Source: Octopus vulgaris (lineage: Eukaryota). From it: 64,000 nt of DNA. Below the pieces are notes generated by a model. It saw only the letters and a list, made by a program, of their open reading frames with translations, made no database searches and was not told the DNA's origin. Position numbers and translations under genes: made by a program. Location of the stretch: positions 4,278,001 through 4,342,000 of the forward strand of contig OX597819.1 in the NCBI GenBank assembly GCA_951406725.2, given 5' to 3'. Each line of letters begins with the position of its first letter. Within the stretch, counting starts at the first letter, position 1. Shown piece by piece: positions 13,699-27,538 of the stretch.

Positions 13699-14092
13699 CT
13701 AGCAGTATCGCCCGGCGTTGCTCGGATTTGTAAGGGAAATAACTATATAAGCATTTTTAGAGAGTTATAGCCAAAAAATAGCAAAAAAATGCATTAAAAA
13801 TTGAAAAAAATTAAGGTAAATTTTTTTTTAAATCGTTGACACATAGTAGATATTTTTAGAGAGTTACTTCCCTTATATAAAAGCGAAAAAATGCATTAAA
13901 ATGGAAAAATATGATGGTAAATTTTTTTTAAATCGTAGACTCATCGTAGACGCGCGCTAATACCCAAAAGGGCTCGATATGAATCACGACTATAAGATAC
14001 CCGCTTTTGGTTAAACTGCACCGCAAAATGTGGGAGTAGTTACGAACCTAAATCGTAGGAGACAGACACACAACTTCACTTTTATATAAAGA
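13699..14092 (-). mobile_element. Non-autonomous Helitron
   Basis: Minus strand starts A|TC (14092), has a subterminal hairpin CCGAGCAACGCCGGG and ends CTAG|T (13699). Confidence 0.75.
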
Positions 14093-14093
14093 T

Positions 14094-14420
14094 GCTTTTT
14101 TTTTTCAGTCATAGAGTTAGATTTATGAAGGTCTTCAGTAGAAAATCCTTCGAATTCTGACTCGCTGCTTGATATAATGAAATTCGTATCCATTTTTTGT
14201 CAGAATTACAAATTTTGAAAACACAATAGGAACAAATTTCGGAAAAAAATCTCCCATAATTCACGGAATTAAAATTACACTTCGATTTTTGTACAAAACT
14301 GTATTTAAAGTGCTTACGAAGTATAATACGTGTTTTCACGAATGTACTAAAGAGATTTACTCTGATATTCTCATTTAAATATGAATAGGTAAATTCGGGC
14401 GGTTTGGTAACGAAAGGGTT
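14094..14420 (-). mobile_element. piggyBac-like left end with an acidic transposase N-terminus
   Basis: Minus strand AACCCTTTCGTTACC terminus followed by MDTNFIISSSESEFEGFSTEDL. Confidence 0.5.
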
Positions 14421-15005
<585 letters not shown>

Positions 15006-15405
15006 TGTGTGTGTGGTAATCCAGGGGTGCACGCAGAACAGCGGTAATCTCAAGAATAAATAGGCCTTCATTCTAAGTATGTTCTTGCAAATTCAAACAT
15101 GAATATGTGATCGTTCTTATTTTTTTCGCCACCGGAGAACCCTTGCTCCTTCTAGGCGATGCCTGAAAGCGAACTTTCATACACTAAAGTGTTTCAACCT
15201 TATTGTGCCTCTCCTGAGTTGGAATGATGAATCTATCCAGATCACGAGACTTTGTTTAAAGAAACCAACAAGATATTTGGTGAAGCCTGCGAATGTCAGG
15301 CTAAACAGATAATAATTCATAACAAGAAAGAATGTAGACATGACTATAATTTTATGGATATGCTTTTTTTTTTTTTTTTTTTTTTTGATATTCCACTTTT
15401 TAAGC

Positions 15406-15600
15406 CGGCGAACTGGCTGAATCGTTTGCATGCTGGGCAGCATTTCGTCTGTATTTGCGTTCTGCGTTCAAATTCCACCGAGGTTGACAGTGTATTTAAT
15501 TCTTTCAAGGTCGGTAAAATAGTATCAGCTTAAAACTGGGGTCGATGTAATCGACTTACTCACTTCTCGAAATCGCCGACCGTGTGCCAAAATTTGAAAC
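15406..15600 (+). mobile_element. SINE family M copy
   Basis: GTTCAAATTCC B-box and core. Confidence 0.75.
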
Positions 15601-16059
15601 AGCTATTATGTATCATTTTGTTCATCTAATTCTTTTGAAGGCTACAAAGAAAATTCGTTAATCACAAGTACCTCATAAAAGAAATCTGATGTAGACACAC
15701 GGTGAAGAAGATAATGAAACCGCCAATGGAAGATGCCTCTATCAATACAATAAGAAATTTTGAAGAGTATGTGAGTCGTAGGTTAAGTAATTGAGAATTT
15801 AGGTTTGGTCAGAAAAGTTATCTCAATAATCTGTAGAAACAATCAATGATTGATTCAATATATATATATTTTATTGAATTATCTTTTTATGAAACTAATA
15901 AGTATAATGTAGATCAATTATCATTTGGAGTTGGCGAAGAAGAGAGAAAACGTTTAGTAAAGTAGGCAAATATTTCATGTCCATTGGTGTTATATAACGA
16001 AAACCATAGAAATTGGTGTATGTGTGAGTTTACTTTTAAAAAGGGAAGAAAAGAGCATT

Positions 16060-16205
16060 CGAAGCATTGAAGAATATGATAAGAAGCTTGTCTCCCAACC
16101 ATATGGTCTTCGACCCAATTCCACAGTACCACCACTTGAAGAAGTGTCTTCCACTATCGACCCAAGCCAACCAACAGTCTGTGACTGGAAATTTAAAGTT
16201 CGTCG

Positions 16206-16292
<87 letters not shown>

Positions 16293-16682
16293 TGTCTGTC
16301 TGTCTGTCTGACTGTCTGTCTGTGTGTGTGTGTGTTATTTTCCACCTCCACCACCGCTTGATAACCGGCGATAGGAGAACGATTGAATAAATACAAAGTT
16401 TAAAAATAAGTACTGAGATACAATAGTTTGATTAAACTATACTAGTCGGTGCCCCCATCATGGCCGCAGTCGAATGACTGAAACGAGTGTAAGTCAGAAT
16501 ATGAGCGCAGGAGTGGCTGCGTGGTAAGAAGCTTACTTCCCAGCCACATGGTTCCGGGTTTAGTCTCACTGCGAGACACCTTGGACAAGTGTGTTCTGCT
16601 AAACCCTCCCCCCCCCCCCCCCCGGCCGACCAAAGCCTTGTGAGTGGATTTGGTAGACGGAAACTGAAAGAAGCTCATCGTA

Positions 16683-16723
<41 letters not shown>

Positions 16724-17072
16724 TTGTATGTATGTATACATCTCTCTATCTATCTATATATATATATATGTGTGTGTGTGTGTTTGTGTTTGTGTGTGTG
16801 CATGTGTGTGTGTGAGTACGTACGTATGCATGTATGCATATATGTATACATATCTATGTTTGTTTGTCCCTCCCCCATCACCATTTGTCAACCGGTATTG
16901 ATGTATTTAGATTCCCGTAACCTAGCGGTTCGGCAAACAAGAGTGATAGAATAACTACTAGGCTTAAAATAGAAGTCCTAGGGTCCATTTTTTTCGACTA
17001 AAAAGCTCTTCAAGGCGGTGCACCAGCATGGCAAACAGTCAAATGACTGAAACAAGTAAAAGAATAAAAGAA
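16060..17072 (+). mobile_element. Two tandem SINE family C copies (16060-16495 older, 16504-17072)
   Basis: tRNA-like head, ACCTTGGACAAGT CORE-like motif, internal TA/TG microsatellite and CR1-like tail. Confidence 0.8.
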
Positions 17073-17332
17073 CAGGACCACTAAGAGAGCGAACCTCCGC
17101 CAAGGCAATACCAAAAATTGTTCTCAACGCTTAGCCGGAGATAATTTTCAAAATGAAAATATCTGAAGTAAACTCGATTGCTCTCACAAACGAGAATACT
17201 AAAAATGAAACCGACTGCTCTGAAAGATTAAGTAAAAAATTAGAAAAAATTCTTGTACGGTACCAGATCGATCCCCAAATATAATCAGTTCGAGCCAATC
17301 ACGAGACCAAACATCCCTGAAAGTACTATGTG

Positions 17333-17720
17333 GTAAGGATTCCGGCTACTGGAAACTCAATAAGTCCCTTTTGGCAATTGAGAAGTACAGGAGCCGGATT
17401 AAGTTATTAATACAGAGGGCGTTGACCGGTTCCATTATTAACAACAAATGGTGGTACACCGTCAAAGGAGCCATTAAATTCGAGTCTCTTAGATATAGTA
17501 TAGGTTTAGTGGATAGAGGGCGTAAGAAGGAAACTGAATTAGTTAAGGCTGTAGAGGAAGCCATAAGAACTGGCGACGCATCCCAGGTGAAGGTGAAGAG
17601 ACTGAAGTTAAAGCAGCACCTCGAAGCCAACACATGGGGTGTATCGTCAGGGCTAGACTTCGTGCAATGGGGAGCGAGGGAATCAAGGCCGCTGGATGGT
17701 CACGTGCTGTAGAAGCTCAA
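17333..17720 (+). pseudogene. L1/Tx1 ORF2 fragment
   Basis: GSGYWKLNKSLL..RALTGSIINNKWW, homologous to the ORF at 4255-4737. Confidence 0.8.
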
Positions 17721-18001
17721 GGTGGAAGTGATTCCTCCCCCTTTCACTTCTTTCTATTCCTCCCCCTTTGATTTACTTTCTCCCTCTCTCTCCCTCTCTC
17801 TCTTTCCAAAATAATAAAAACAATATTCTCCTGTTCTAAACAAAACAAAACAGTATCCGATTCTTATAAATGAACGACGAAACGTTCTGTTTTTACCATT
17901 TTGATTTTGTCTTGACGAATTCGAAAACGAACGAAATAGTTAATAAAGGTTTATCCAAAATTCTGACTGCCTCCTTTTTCTCAACACACACACACACACA
18001 C

Positions 18002-18054
<53 letters not shown>

Positions 18055-18071
18055 CACGCACACACACACAC

Positions 18072-18116
<45 letters not shown>

Positions 18117-18456
18117 TAGGACATATACATCTGTGTATGTCTGTGCACGACACAAGGGGAGTTGTAGTGTGTGCGTGCGCGTATGTGATTGTGTGTAACT
18201 AGGCATATTAATGTAAGAATATTAATATTTGTATATACGTGCATAAATGTGTATTTATTTGTCTGTTCGCGTTGTCATATATGTACGAGAATTGACTGTA
18301 TTGGCGCATAACTACTCCAAACAAATCAAAATGCAGTTATATTTGAAAGGATGGATTTAATAAAATATTTGAAAATTGTTCAGTTCTATCGTCGCATCTC
18401 TCTGGAGACAAATGAGTTGCTATATCATTTATTTTCTCTCTTTATCTCTCACTCCT

Positions 18457-18506
<50 letters not shown>

Positions 18507-19076
18507 TCATTGCCAGCGTTAGTGTTCGGAGCAATTTGATTACTATCTTCAATAGGTTCAGTCGTAAACGAGAAGTAGTTCAGTAGAATAGTTTTAATTA
18601 GCATTTATTCTATACCAGTAACATTTCAGCAGTACCATTTGGAAATAGATTTTATTGCACGCCAACGATGACAATGAATATGTTTCAATGACTTACCAAG
18701 GAGAATGGTATTTAATGATATTCACTAGTCCTGTTTCATTTGTCAAGCAAAATATTTCTGTATATTCATACGAAATATATATACACATGTGTATCTGTGT
18801 GTGTGTGTGTGAGTGCATACATGCGTACAAATACATATATCTGTTAACTATTAATCTCTTTTGCTTCTTTCAATCATTGACTGCGAACAGATCAACTCCA
18901 GTACTTATTTATTTTTTAAAAACTTCATACTTATTTTATCGATCTCCGTTTACCGAAACGCTAATGTTTCGGCTACGCAAACAAACCAGCTCCAGTTATC
19001 AAGCGGTGGTAAAGGACAAAGACACAAAGGCACAACAACACACACACGCATGTGTGTGTGTGTGTGTGTGTGTATG

Positions 19077-19114
<38 letters not shown>

Positions 19115-19115
19115 T

Positions 19116-19169
<54 letters not shown>

Positions 19170-19175
<6 letters not shown>

Positions 19176-19420
19176 GCGCGTGGCTTAGCGGTTAGGGTGT
19201 CAGCATCATGATCGTAAAATTGTGGTTTCGATTGCTGGACGGAGCGACGCGTTGTATTCTTGAGCAAAACACTTCCTTTCACGTTGCTCCAGTCCACTCA
19301 GCTGGCAAAAATGAGTAACGCTGCGATGGACTGGCGTCCCGTCCAGTTGGGGAACACATACGCCATAGAAACCGGGAAATCGGGCCCATGAACATGGCTA
19401 GGCTTTAAAAAAGGGCGCAT
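19170..19420 (+). mobile_element. tRNA-derived SINE (family V), near full length
   Basis: A-box TGGCTTAGCGG, B-box-like GGTTTCGATT, then CTTGAGCAAAACACTT and CTGCGATGGACTGGCGTCCCGTCCAG (V-domain-like). Confidence 0.8.
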
Positions 19421-19467
19421 TTATTTAATTTTATATATATATATATATATATGGATATACATATATA

Positions 19468-19511
<44 letters not shown>

Positions 19512-19807
19512 TGTGTATGTGTGTGTGTAAAGTTAAGATCCGAGGATCTAGGTGTAGGAAGTAAATGAACTTGAAGCAGTCCGTAGACGATATAAAAAAA
19601 CAACTTTCGGGAACAATAGGGGTTTAGTGGTGCAGAAGGTTGTGAATTTTTCCCGTAACGAAGTAAGATAAACTGAAGAAAGGCTATTTCATAATTCACG
19701 GTCGCTGTATATGCGAAAAAGTATCCAATTCTCTAATTATTTGCATGGCAGCAGTGAAACGAGTGAAACAAGTAAAAGAATAAATGATTCAAAGAATATA
19801 CATCTTG

Positions 19808-20010
19808 TCGTTTTCTTTTACTTTCATTAGACTGCGGCCATATCGGAGCACCGCCTACAAAAATTTTTAATCCATCAAATCGACTCGAATTCTTGTTTTT
19901 AAGAAGCCTGATACTCCAGATTTTTCTGCGGGAATGTTTGTTACAAAGATGTAAACACAACACTGATTGTCAAGCGGTGGCTTTTCGACAAAAGCAGACA
20001 CAAAGACACA
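19808..20010 (-). mobile_element. SINE family C tail fragment
   Basis: Reverse complement GGCGGTGCTCCGATATGGCCGCAGTCTAATGAAAG. Confidence 0.65.
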
Positions 20011-20084
20011 CGAACACATATACACACACGAACACTAACAAACACGCACACACACATATATATATATGCGTGTATGTGTGTGAG

Positions 20085-20137
<53 letters not shown>

Positions 20138-20140
<3 letters not shown>

Positions 20141-20410
20141 CGTGTGGCTTAGTGCTTAGGGCATTCGGTTCAGGATCGTAAGGTCGTGAGTTCAATTCCC
20201 GGGGAAACATTGTGTCCTCGAGCAACACACTTTATTTCACGTTGTTCCAGTTCACTCAGCCAACAAAAATGAGTAGTACCTGTATTTGAATCTCAGAACT
20301 ACGTTAAGGGTACACGTGTCTGTGGAGTGCTCAGCCACTTGCACGTTAATTTCACGAGTAAGGTGTTCTGTTGATCGTATCAGCTGGGAGCCTCGACGGA
20401 GTGCCCCTTT
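20138..20410 (+). mobile_element. SINE with a family V head and the 3' tail of the 5265-5654 SINE
   Basis: Head like 19170; tail AGAACTACGTTAAGGGTACACGTGTCTGTGGAGTGCTCAGCCAC is identical to 5528-5571. Confidence 0.75.
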
Positions 20411-20467
20411 ATATAGCGCCCCACACCTACGCTTCCATCTATAAACACACATACACACACATACATA

Positions 20468-20532
<65 letters not shown>

Positions 20533-20752
20533 GAAAAAATAGTTTCAATATTCCATAGCAAAACCGTTGTACTACACTTTGACAATTTTTGATATGTTGG
20601 CATCTGAAACAGCTGGAAATACGATAGTTTGACCAAAATAACGGGCTATTTCAATGCAAAATAAATATTGAAAAAATAAGCATTTGGCCAAATTTGGGCA
20701 TACGACAGTTTAACAAAATAGCAACGATATATATACAAGCATACATATGTAA

Positions 20753-20820
<68 letters not shown>

Positions 20821-20998
20821 GATTAAGGTGTATTCCGTTAGGAACGTAATAGAGTATAAAATAGAGCCCGTTCACCATTTCAGTTACCAAATCGCCAGTA
20901 GCATTGCGGTATACTTCCAAGTCTAGGTTCTATCGAAACATGTATAATGTTTATTAAATAGCTGTCTAACCATACTCCTTCTTGATTCTATTCTATCC

Positions 20999-21061
<63 letters not shown>

Positions 21062-21077
21062 CATGCATACATACATA

Positions 21078-21162
<85 letters not shown>

Positions 21163-21166
<4 letters not shown>

Positions 21167-21441
21167 ATAAATATTAGGGAATGAATCCAAAATTACAGGG
21201 AAAAATCAGATTTAGGGTTAAATCCAATTTTATAGTAAAATATTATATAATATAATTCGAGACAAAACCACTATTTTAAAACTAAACAAGGAAAGACTTA
21301 ATCAATACATAAAATTTTAATATAAAATAAATAAATAAATAAATAAATAAATAAATTTTATATAAAATTTATTTTATATTAAAATTTTATGTATTGATTA
21401 AGTCTTTCCTTGTTTGGTTTTAAAATAGTGGTTTTGTCTCG

Positions 21442-21450
<9 letters not shown>
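21163..21450. mobile_element. Fold-back of a PLE-like terminal sequence (family C, HHR absent)
   Basis: 21248-21325 is inverted at 21372-21450; same sequence as 25312-25470. Confidence 0.7.
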
Positions 21451-21496
<46 letters not shown>

Positions 21497-21628
21497 TATA
21501 ATTTATATATAGAGGGCATTATTATACATACATGCCACACGCTAAGAGGGACAATTAGTCATTTCTACCAAAAATTTTACTAATCCCACCGAATGCAATT
21601 TTTCAAAGTAAGACATTTAAAAATATAG

Positions 21629-21673
21629 ACTTGTATCACCTGTGATTTCATACCTCTGTATTCATCAGCAAGC
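21629..21673 (-). ncRNA. Type I hammerhead ribozyme, family B
   Basis: Reverse complement of 22281-22325. Confidence 0.85.
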
Positions 21674-22280
21674 CTGAACGTATCATAAATAAACGACCCT
21701 ACCTCGTCTAAGCCGAGCAGCTAACTGATCAACATCAACGAAGCACATAGGTGAGTTTATATATATTACATCCGGTAAATGGCAGACTTTTACGAATTGC
21801 ATTTCGGGAAAAAGAAAAGTTTTTTCGGAATAAAAATTTAGCAATTAAGGACAACTTCTTAATAAGGAAAACTTAACAAGAAATTATCAGGTAGATAGCG
21901 TGAAAGACCTCATAAGAGAAAAAATTTCGAAAATAATTCTTTCTTATTGAACATGCGTGTGGCATGTATGTATAATAATGCCCTCTATATATAAATTAAT
22001 ATGTTCAATAAGAAAGAATTATTTTCGAAATTTTTTCTCTTATGAGGTCTTTCACGCTATCTACCTGATAATTTCTTGTTAAGTTTTCCTTATTAAGAAG
22101 TTGTCCTTAATTGCTAAATTTTTATTCCGAAAAAACTTTTCTTTTCCCGAAATGCAATTCGTAAAAGTCTGCCATTTACCGGATGTAATATATATAAACT
22201 CACCCATGTGCTTCGTTGATGTTGATCAGTTAGCTGCTCGGCTTAGACTAGGTAGGGTCGTTTATTTATGATACGTTCAG

Positions 22281-22325
22281 GCTTGCTGATGAATACAGAG
22301 GTATGAAATCACAGGTGATACAAGT
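22281..22325 (+). ncRNA. Type I hammerhead ribozyme, family B
   Basis: GCTTG-CTGATGA-ATAC-AGAG-GTAT-GAAA-TCAC-AG-GTGA-TA-CAAGT; predicted cut after A22320. Confidence 0.88.
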
Positions 22326-22573
22326 CTATATTTTTAAATGTCTTACTTTGAAAAATGGCATTCGGTGGGATTAGTAAAATTTTTGGTAGAAATGACTAAT
22401 TGTCCCTCTTAGCGTGTGGCATGTATGTATAATAATGCCCTCTATATATAAATTAATATGTTCAATAAGAAAGAATTATTTTCGAAATTTTTTCTCTTGT
22501 GAGGTCTTTCACGCTATCTACCTGATAATTTCTTGTTAAGTTTTCCTTATTAAGAAGTTGTCCTTAATTGCTA

Positions 22574-22638
<65 letters not shown>

Positions 22639-22659
22639 TACATATATACATATATATAC

Positions 22660-22798
<139 letters not shown>

Positions 22799-23052
22799 TT
22801 AACAATTAAGGATAACTTCTTAATAAGGAATCTTAACAAGAAATTATCAGGTAGATAGCGTGAAAGACCTCATAAGAGAAAAAATTTCGAAAATAATTCT
22901 TTCTTATTGAACATATTAATTTATATATAGAGGGCATTATTATACATACATGCCACACGCTAAGAGGGACATTAGTCATTTCTACCCAAAAATTTTACTA
23001 ATCATACCGAATGCAATTTTTCAAAGCAAGACATTTAAAAAATGAATTTAGT

Positions 23053-23108
23053 ATTGTATCACCTGTGATTTCGTACTTACCGCAGTTGCGACCGTACTCA
23101 TCAGCAAG
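23053..23108 (-). ncRNA. Type I hammerhead ribozyme, family B variant
   Basis: CTTG-CTGATGA-GTAC-GGTCGCAACTGCGGTAA-GTAC-GAAA-TCACAGGTGA-TA-CAAT. Confidence 0.85.
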
Positions 23109-23140
23109 ACTGATTCTGAACATATCATAAATAAACGACC

Positions 23141-23512
<372 letters not shown>

Positions 23513-23527
23513 AAATATATATATATA

Positions 23528-24852
23528 ACTCAGCTCCTACAACACTATGACTGGGTGCTGAAACAACTGCTCAACCACTCAAATGTGGAAGTCATATATC
23601 TCGACTTTGCAAAGGCCTTTGATAAAGTCGATCACGGAATGATATGTCACAAACTGCGTGATCTTGGCATAGTTGGAAAATTGGGAGAATGGCTTCATGA
23701 CTTTCTGAAGAATAGAAGTCAGGTGGTAGCAGCCAATGGGGCCACTTCCATTAACACGCAAATAGTGAGCGGTGTTCCGCAGGGCACTGTTTTGGGACCA
23801 CTACTGTTCATAATGGCCCTCTCAGACATGCCCTCAGCCACGCAGAGAGCCACGATCACAAGTTATGCAGATGATACAAAAGTTTCACAGGCAATACAGA
23901 ACCCTGAAGACACTAAGCACCTGCAATGTGAGCTGGACGAAATATACAAGTGGGCTGAAAAGAATAGCATGCAGTTCAATGCTGAAAAGTTTCAAGCTTT
24001 ATACTATCGGCATGCAAAACTGAATGCAATACCCAATGAATACACTGGACCCGGAGAGATTGCAATCCCAGAGGCACAATCAGTGCGTGACCTGGGTATT
24101 CACATGAGTGATGACGCGACCTTTCATGTACATGTTGCTAAACTGACAATGAAATGTAGACGGCTGGCTGGATGGATTCTTAGAACCTTTAGAACAAGAG
24201 AACAAGAAACCATGATGGTCCTCGGGAAGACACTTGTCCTAAGCCACTTTGACTATTGCTCTCAGCTATGGTCACCATCCAGTGTCAAGTTGATCACAGA
24301 ACTTGAGGCGATCCAACGAAGCTACACGAAGAAGATAGCCTCTGTGCAGCATATGAGCTACTGGGAAAGACTCAAGATATTAAAGCTCTATTCCCTGGAG
24401 CGTAGGCGAGAAAGGTATGCCATAATATACATCTGGAAGATCCTGGAAGGACTTGTCCCAAACTTTGGCATCGAGAGTCACACAAATGCCAGAACTGCGT
24501 AGTACCAAGGACTCCAAATTTGCCATCAAGATGTAGGACAAGATACTGTGACAGCCTGGGCTTCAGAGGCCCACAGCTCTTCAATATCCTCCCGAAGAAC
24601 CTGAGGGACCTGCATGGTGTAGATGCGGATGTCTTTAAAGTAGGACTGGATCTCTTCCTGTCAGGTGTCCCGGATGAACCAACTTCACGGCAGGAGGTGC
24701 AGATGAGGGCAGCTGCATCGAACTCTCTCATGCATCAGATGGCGTTTGCTAAAAAGCATCCGTGAGGTAAAATCGTGTAGCAAACCAAATGGCGGTGCCC
24801 CAGCATGGCCACAGCTCATTAGCTGAAACTAGAAAAATCAAAATCAAAATCA
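23528..24852 (+). mobile_element. 5'-truncated CR1-like LINE with 3' UTR
   Basis: RT ORF followed by a 3' stem-loop CAGCT-CATT-AGCTG and an (AAAATC)n tail. Confidence 0.92.
23555..24765 (+). pseudogene. LINE reverse transcriptase C-terminal part (frameshift near 24500)
   Basis: YLDFAKAFDKV, SGVPQGTVLGPLLF, SYADDTK, RDLG, YCSQLWSP and LYSLERRR motifs. Confidence 0.92.
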
Positions 24853-24904
24853 TATATACTAACAGAGATACACAGCATTGATCGTGATTAAAATGGCATA
24901 GCTT

Positions 24905-25125
24905 TTTTTATTGTTTTACTTCCTTCGGTCATGTGAATGCGACCATGCTGGAGCACCACCTTTAGTGGAAGAAATTGACAACAGGATTTATTCTTTCTAA
25001 GCATAGTACTTATTCTTTCGCTGTGTTTTGCAAACCACTAAGTTATGCGGACGTAAACACAGCAACATCGGTAGTCAAGTGATGGTGGGGGTACAAACAC
25101 AGACACAGACGCACAAATACACACA
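24905..25125 (-). mobile_element. SINE family C tail half
   Basis: Reverse complement GGTGGTGCTCCAGCATGGTCGCA. Confidence 0.7.
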
Positions 25126-25162
25126 CACACACATATATGCATATATATGTACATATATATAC

Positions 25163-25195
<33 letters not shown>

Positions 25196-25241
25196 TATAC
25201 ATAAAAGTATATACATGTACATAGATACATACATATCTATG

Positions 25242-25316
<75 letters not shown>

Positions 25317-25491
25317 ATAAATATTAGGGAATAAATCCAAATTTACAGGGAAAAAATCAGATTTAAGATTAAATCCAATTTTATAGTAAAATATTATAAA
25401 ATATTATTAGAGACAAAACCACTATTTTGCAAAACAAACAAGGAAAGACTTAATCAATACATAAAATTTTAATAAATAGTCAAAAAAACCG

Positions 25492-25534
25492 CCACTACAA
25501 TCGTTTCTTGTCTTGATCGACAATCTTCAGGTGG
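25492..25534 (-). ncRNA. Minimal type I hammerhead ribozyme, family C
   Basis: Reverse complement of 25582-25624. Confidence 0.8.
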
Positions 25535-25581
25535 ACTTCAATAAGTCAGTTTCAAATTTTTTGAAACTGACTTATTGAAGT

Positions 25582-25624
25582 CCACCTGAAGATTGTCGAT
25601 CAAGACAAGAAACGATTGTAGTGG
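25582..25624 (+). ncRNA. Minimal type I hammerhead ribozyme, family C
   Basis: CCAC-CTGAAGA-TTGTC-GATCAA-GACAA-GAAAC-GATT-GTA-GTGG. Confidence 0.82.
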
Positions 25625-25842
25625 CGGTTTTTTTGACTATTTATTAAAATTTTATGTATTGATTAAGTCTTTCCTTGTTTGTTTTGCAAAATAGTGGTTT
25701 TGTCTCTAATAATATTTTATATATATATATATATATAAATTCAGGGTGAATACTTGATAATTGTAAGCACCTGTATATACCATTTGGTGGTGTAGGTGGT
25801 AGTGTATATTAATCAAATTATAAACATGATGCCAAGGATTCA

Positions 25843-25920
25843 GCGGTACATATGTTTCGGGCCTTTATTAGACGGATTTATAACAATGCATAACGTGTGT
25901 CTATGGCCTTCTTCAGCCGC
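25843..25920 (-). ncRNA. Type I hammerhead ribozyme, family A
   Basis: Core and stems identical to 13564-13652; the helix II insert is 11 nt shorter. Confidence 0.8.
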
Positions 25921-26162
25921 GCACAATTACTACTTCAAGGACATGTATTACATCATAAATTCTACGTTGGGGATGCAAATCCTCACAGTCGCGTACGACA
26001 TGGGGCACCAGCACAAAAATGAAGCGTCCATCACGTTTTTCACTCAATGTAGATTCTACATTGCGTGAAAGACGGGATGGAAGCAAGAGGGAGAAGGGAT
26101 GATGTGTATTTTGGAGAGATTAGAACGAATGGTGACGCGACTATATATACATACATACATAC

Positions 26163-26268
<106 letters not shown>

Positions 26269-26301
26269 ATATATATATATATGTATGTATGTATGTATAT
26301 A

Positions 26302-27538
26302 TAGTCGCGTCACCATTCGTTCTAATCTCTCCAAAATACTCATCATCCATTCTCCTTCCTGCTTTTCCCATCTTCTTCTCCTCTCAGTCGCCCCCCCCCC
26401 TGCAAATTCTGCATTACATAATTCATTTAGATCTTCTCTTTCATCAATTTCTCGCTCTCACCAAACAACGTAAACTCCACTCATTCCTCCATTCCATCAC
26501 AGCCGATGCCACTACTGCAACTCTTCCCTACTCCCCTCCCTCTCTGATACGCTCCTCCCACCTTCACCAAACCTCACCGTCCCTCCCAACCCCCATACAC
26601 ATACCCTTCATCTCCTCCCTCCAAGCCTTCCACCATCCCGCCACCCCTCCTACCTCTGACCCTCCACCCCTTCTTCACTTCAGTCTATTGCTACCATTCC
26701 TCCAGATTTTCATGTCTCTGAGGCGGAGCGCTCCCTTCTTAGTGGTGTCTGTGCTTCATCGCCCTCTCTCCATCCAGCAACGAATTTCGAACTCGAGCCG
26801 ATATCCACAGCTTTGTGCACCGCGTTATGCTGTGTTCGCTTTTCCGCAACACTCCACCTGCATCTAATGAGGAGAACTGCTTCACCGACCTGGGCAGCTA
26901 ACCATCCCAGTGGGCGCCAGCTCCTAGCCAGTTTCAAGCAGTCGATCTTTTTCCGGGCGCCTGCCAGTGTGCTTGTGAACCGATTTAAATTTTCCAAGTG
27001 TCCCCGACATCTGAACATCTCCCTAGCCGAACTCTCGCCCCTTCGATGTCTCCGACGCCGCACGGACATCATCATGAAACCGACTGACAAGGGTGGAGCG
27101 ATAGTGGTGTGGTGTGCGGATCTCTACAATGCGGAAGCTCTCTTCTAACTTCAAGACACCTCCTTTTACTGCCCTCTGCCCTCCAATCCCACGCCCAGCT
27201 ACCAACAGACTGTGTCCTCCACTATCCTTGACCTTATCTCTTCCTCCCGTCTCCCCCACCGCCTCTAACCTCATTGTCTGCACCCCTCGCACCCCCACAA
27301 TTTACTTCCTCTCCCAAATCCACAAACCTAACTAACCTGGCCGCCCCATTGTCTCCGCTGGCAACTGCCCCACCGAACACATCTCCAGATATCTTGACCG
27401 TGTTCTTGCACCCCCTTAGTGGATTCCCTCCCCTCTTACATCCATGACACCAACCATACTCTTCGTTTGTTCAACTCTTTCTCCTCCCGTCCTGGCCCCT
27501 CTAAACTTCTCTTCACTCTTGACATCAAGAGTCAATAC
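26302..27538 (+). pseudogene. Penelope-like element ORF fragment (N-terminus to RT motif A)
   Basis: IIMKPTDKGGAIVVW, YFLSQIHKPN*PGRPIVS, LPSYIHDT and LFTLDIKSQY; frameshifted. Confidence 0.88.

Larger units (their letters stand above)
25312..25720. mobile_element. Near-perfect fold-back (about 160-bp arms) of a PLE-like terminal sequence in (TA)n
   Basis: 25396-25556 is the reverse complement of 25560-25720. Confidence 0.85.

Noticed and set aside
20898-20950. GAAAC-AT-GTA with a possible helix I (CATTG/TAATG)
   Set aside because: The CUGANGA box is absent.
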